A stretch of DNA of 63,717 nucleotides, filler included, from Octopus bimaculoides (taxonomy: Eukaryota): the NCBI RefSeq assembly GCF_001194135.2. It is 4 parts of 4 records of this genome, joined end to end, with 100 filler letters (N's around TTAATTAATTAA, not from the genome) between each part and the next. Parts side by side here need not be neighbours in the genome. Positions count along the whole stretch, not along the records: positions 62,319 to 63,717 come from NC_069001.1; 3 more parts are not named here. One strand, 5' to 3'. Below are positions 62,219 through 63,717 of the stretch, piece after piece. Made by a program: the position numbers and the translations under genes. Each line of letters begins with the position of its first letter. Positions within the stretch are counted from its first letter, which is position 1. Under the pieces are notes generated by a model, which worked only from the letters and a program-made list of their open reading frames with translations, had not been told where the DNA came from and searched no databases.

Positions 62219-63509
62219 NNNNNNNNNNNNNNNNNNNNNNNNNNNNNNNNNNNNNNNNNNNNTTAATTAATTAANNNNNNNNNNNNNNNNNNNNNNNNNN
62301 NNNNNNNNNNNNNNNNNNATATATATATATATATACATATAAAGTCATTCAATGACAGAGAAATAGTTTGATGAAATTTCTAATACCATGACAATTTTTT
62401 CTGTAACTTTATACACTCTTTGTCATTGTCTCTTGTATCACATTATATAATCTGTTTTGTAAAATGATACATTAAGCTTTTTTTATGAGTACTACAGGAT
62501 TACTTGAATCCATATATTGTGACACATACATACACACACATATATTACATGTATATATATATATATATATATATACATACATACATACATACATACATAC
62601 ATACATACACTAAATCATTTCTTTAGTTTCTATGGCATCAAATCAATTACGTGTGTGTATGTGTGTGTCTATCTATATATATATATATATATATATATAG
62701 TGCTGTTTCTTTAGTTTGGTACCAGCCAGTTACAAAGCCAAGAACCAAAACTGAACATTTTAAAAATTTTATTCATTCATTTATTTTTACTCGCCGTACT
62801 AATAGAAGATCAATTTAGTTTAATTAGTTAACATGGCAACTAAACAGCACCTGCTGCCCATTAACTGTATCTTTATTAATTATCAAAGAGCAGAAGATAA
62901 AATACACACACATATAATTATTTTCCCACTATCTTTCAGAAATAATTCAATAATGGCACATTTACCATATTGTGTAATGGGGTGGGGGTATAGATAAAGG
63001 TGTGTGTGTCTGTGGGTGTCGGGGAGAACTGTACATGTGTGTATATGTAATTGGATAACTGAGTGCCCCTTTTGGATACGGTCTACAAATGGGTGTTAAG
63101 TGTTGGATCAACTGTATTACCTGTATGTATGTGTGTGTGAGAGAGAGAGAGGGAGGGAGAGAGTGGGGGAGGGGGAGGGGGAGAAGGAGTGAGAGAGACA
63201 GACAGACAGAGTATATGTATGTGTGTGTGTGCATGAGCGAGAGTGTGAGAGCAAGTGAGAGTGTGGGAGCGAGTGAGAGTGAGAGATGCAAAATTTGTTG
63301 GGGCATATTTTCTATGGTTGAATGCTCTTCCTGTTGCCAATTCTTACCTGTTTCCAAGTAAGGTAATGTTTCTTCAAACAGACAGACATGTTTTCACAGA
63401 AGGTTAGTAACGATGGACACTGCTTGTATGACAGTGACTCTTGTTTACTACAATCACACACTGCCAAGACAAGCAAACACAAACACAAACACACACATGA
63501 TGGACTTGT

Positions 63510-63645
63510 TTCAATTTGTTAGAAATCAACTCACAAAGCTTTGACTCTCGTAGAAGACACCTGCCCAAGCTGCCACACAGTGGGACTGAACCCAGAACCA
63601 AATGATTGAGAAGCAAGCTTCTTAGCAACCACACAGTCATGCCTA
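63510..63645 (-). mobile_element. SINE family A, 5' part
   Basis: CAACTCACAAAGCTTTG...AGAAGACACCTGCCCAAG...GGGACTGAACCCAGAACCA. Confidence 0.8.
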
Positions 63646-63662
63646 TACTGTGCTGTGCTCTT

Positions 63663-63695
<33 letters not shown>

Positions 63696-63717
63696 TTCTC
63701 TCTCTCTCTCTCTCTTT

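Overview
Repeat-rich, gap-rich, AT-rich eukaryotic genomic window. The SINE families, microsatellite load and assembly style suggest a cephalopod, probably Octopus; this is inference from memory of these repeat families, not a database hit. No complete, recognisable protein-coding gene is present. Almost all long ORFs in the track are artefacts of (CA)n/(TA)n/(CAT)n/(CTT)n microsatellites or N gaps. Well supported: two Tc1/mariner transposase relics, CR1-like, RTE, Tx1/L1-like and R4/Dong LINE fragments, a Penelope GIY-YIG fragment, a decayed Gypsy LTR element, several MITEs and many tRNA-derived SINE copies. The most interesting observations are: (i) four different Penelope-type hammerhead-ribozyme-like motifs, one with an intact catalytic core; (ii) a 209-bp fold-back palindrome carrying a hammerhead-like core on each arm; (iii) two R4/Dong elements each embedded in TAA-type microsatellites; (iv) a filled/empty TTAA site pair for a piggyBac-like MITE; (v) low-confidence exon chains found by eye, including a plus-strand chain with an in-frame TGA followed by a codon-structured ~60-nt repeat, and a minus-strand micro-exon chain. 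All exon calls need RNA-seq. All family assignments are by-eye motif recognition.
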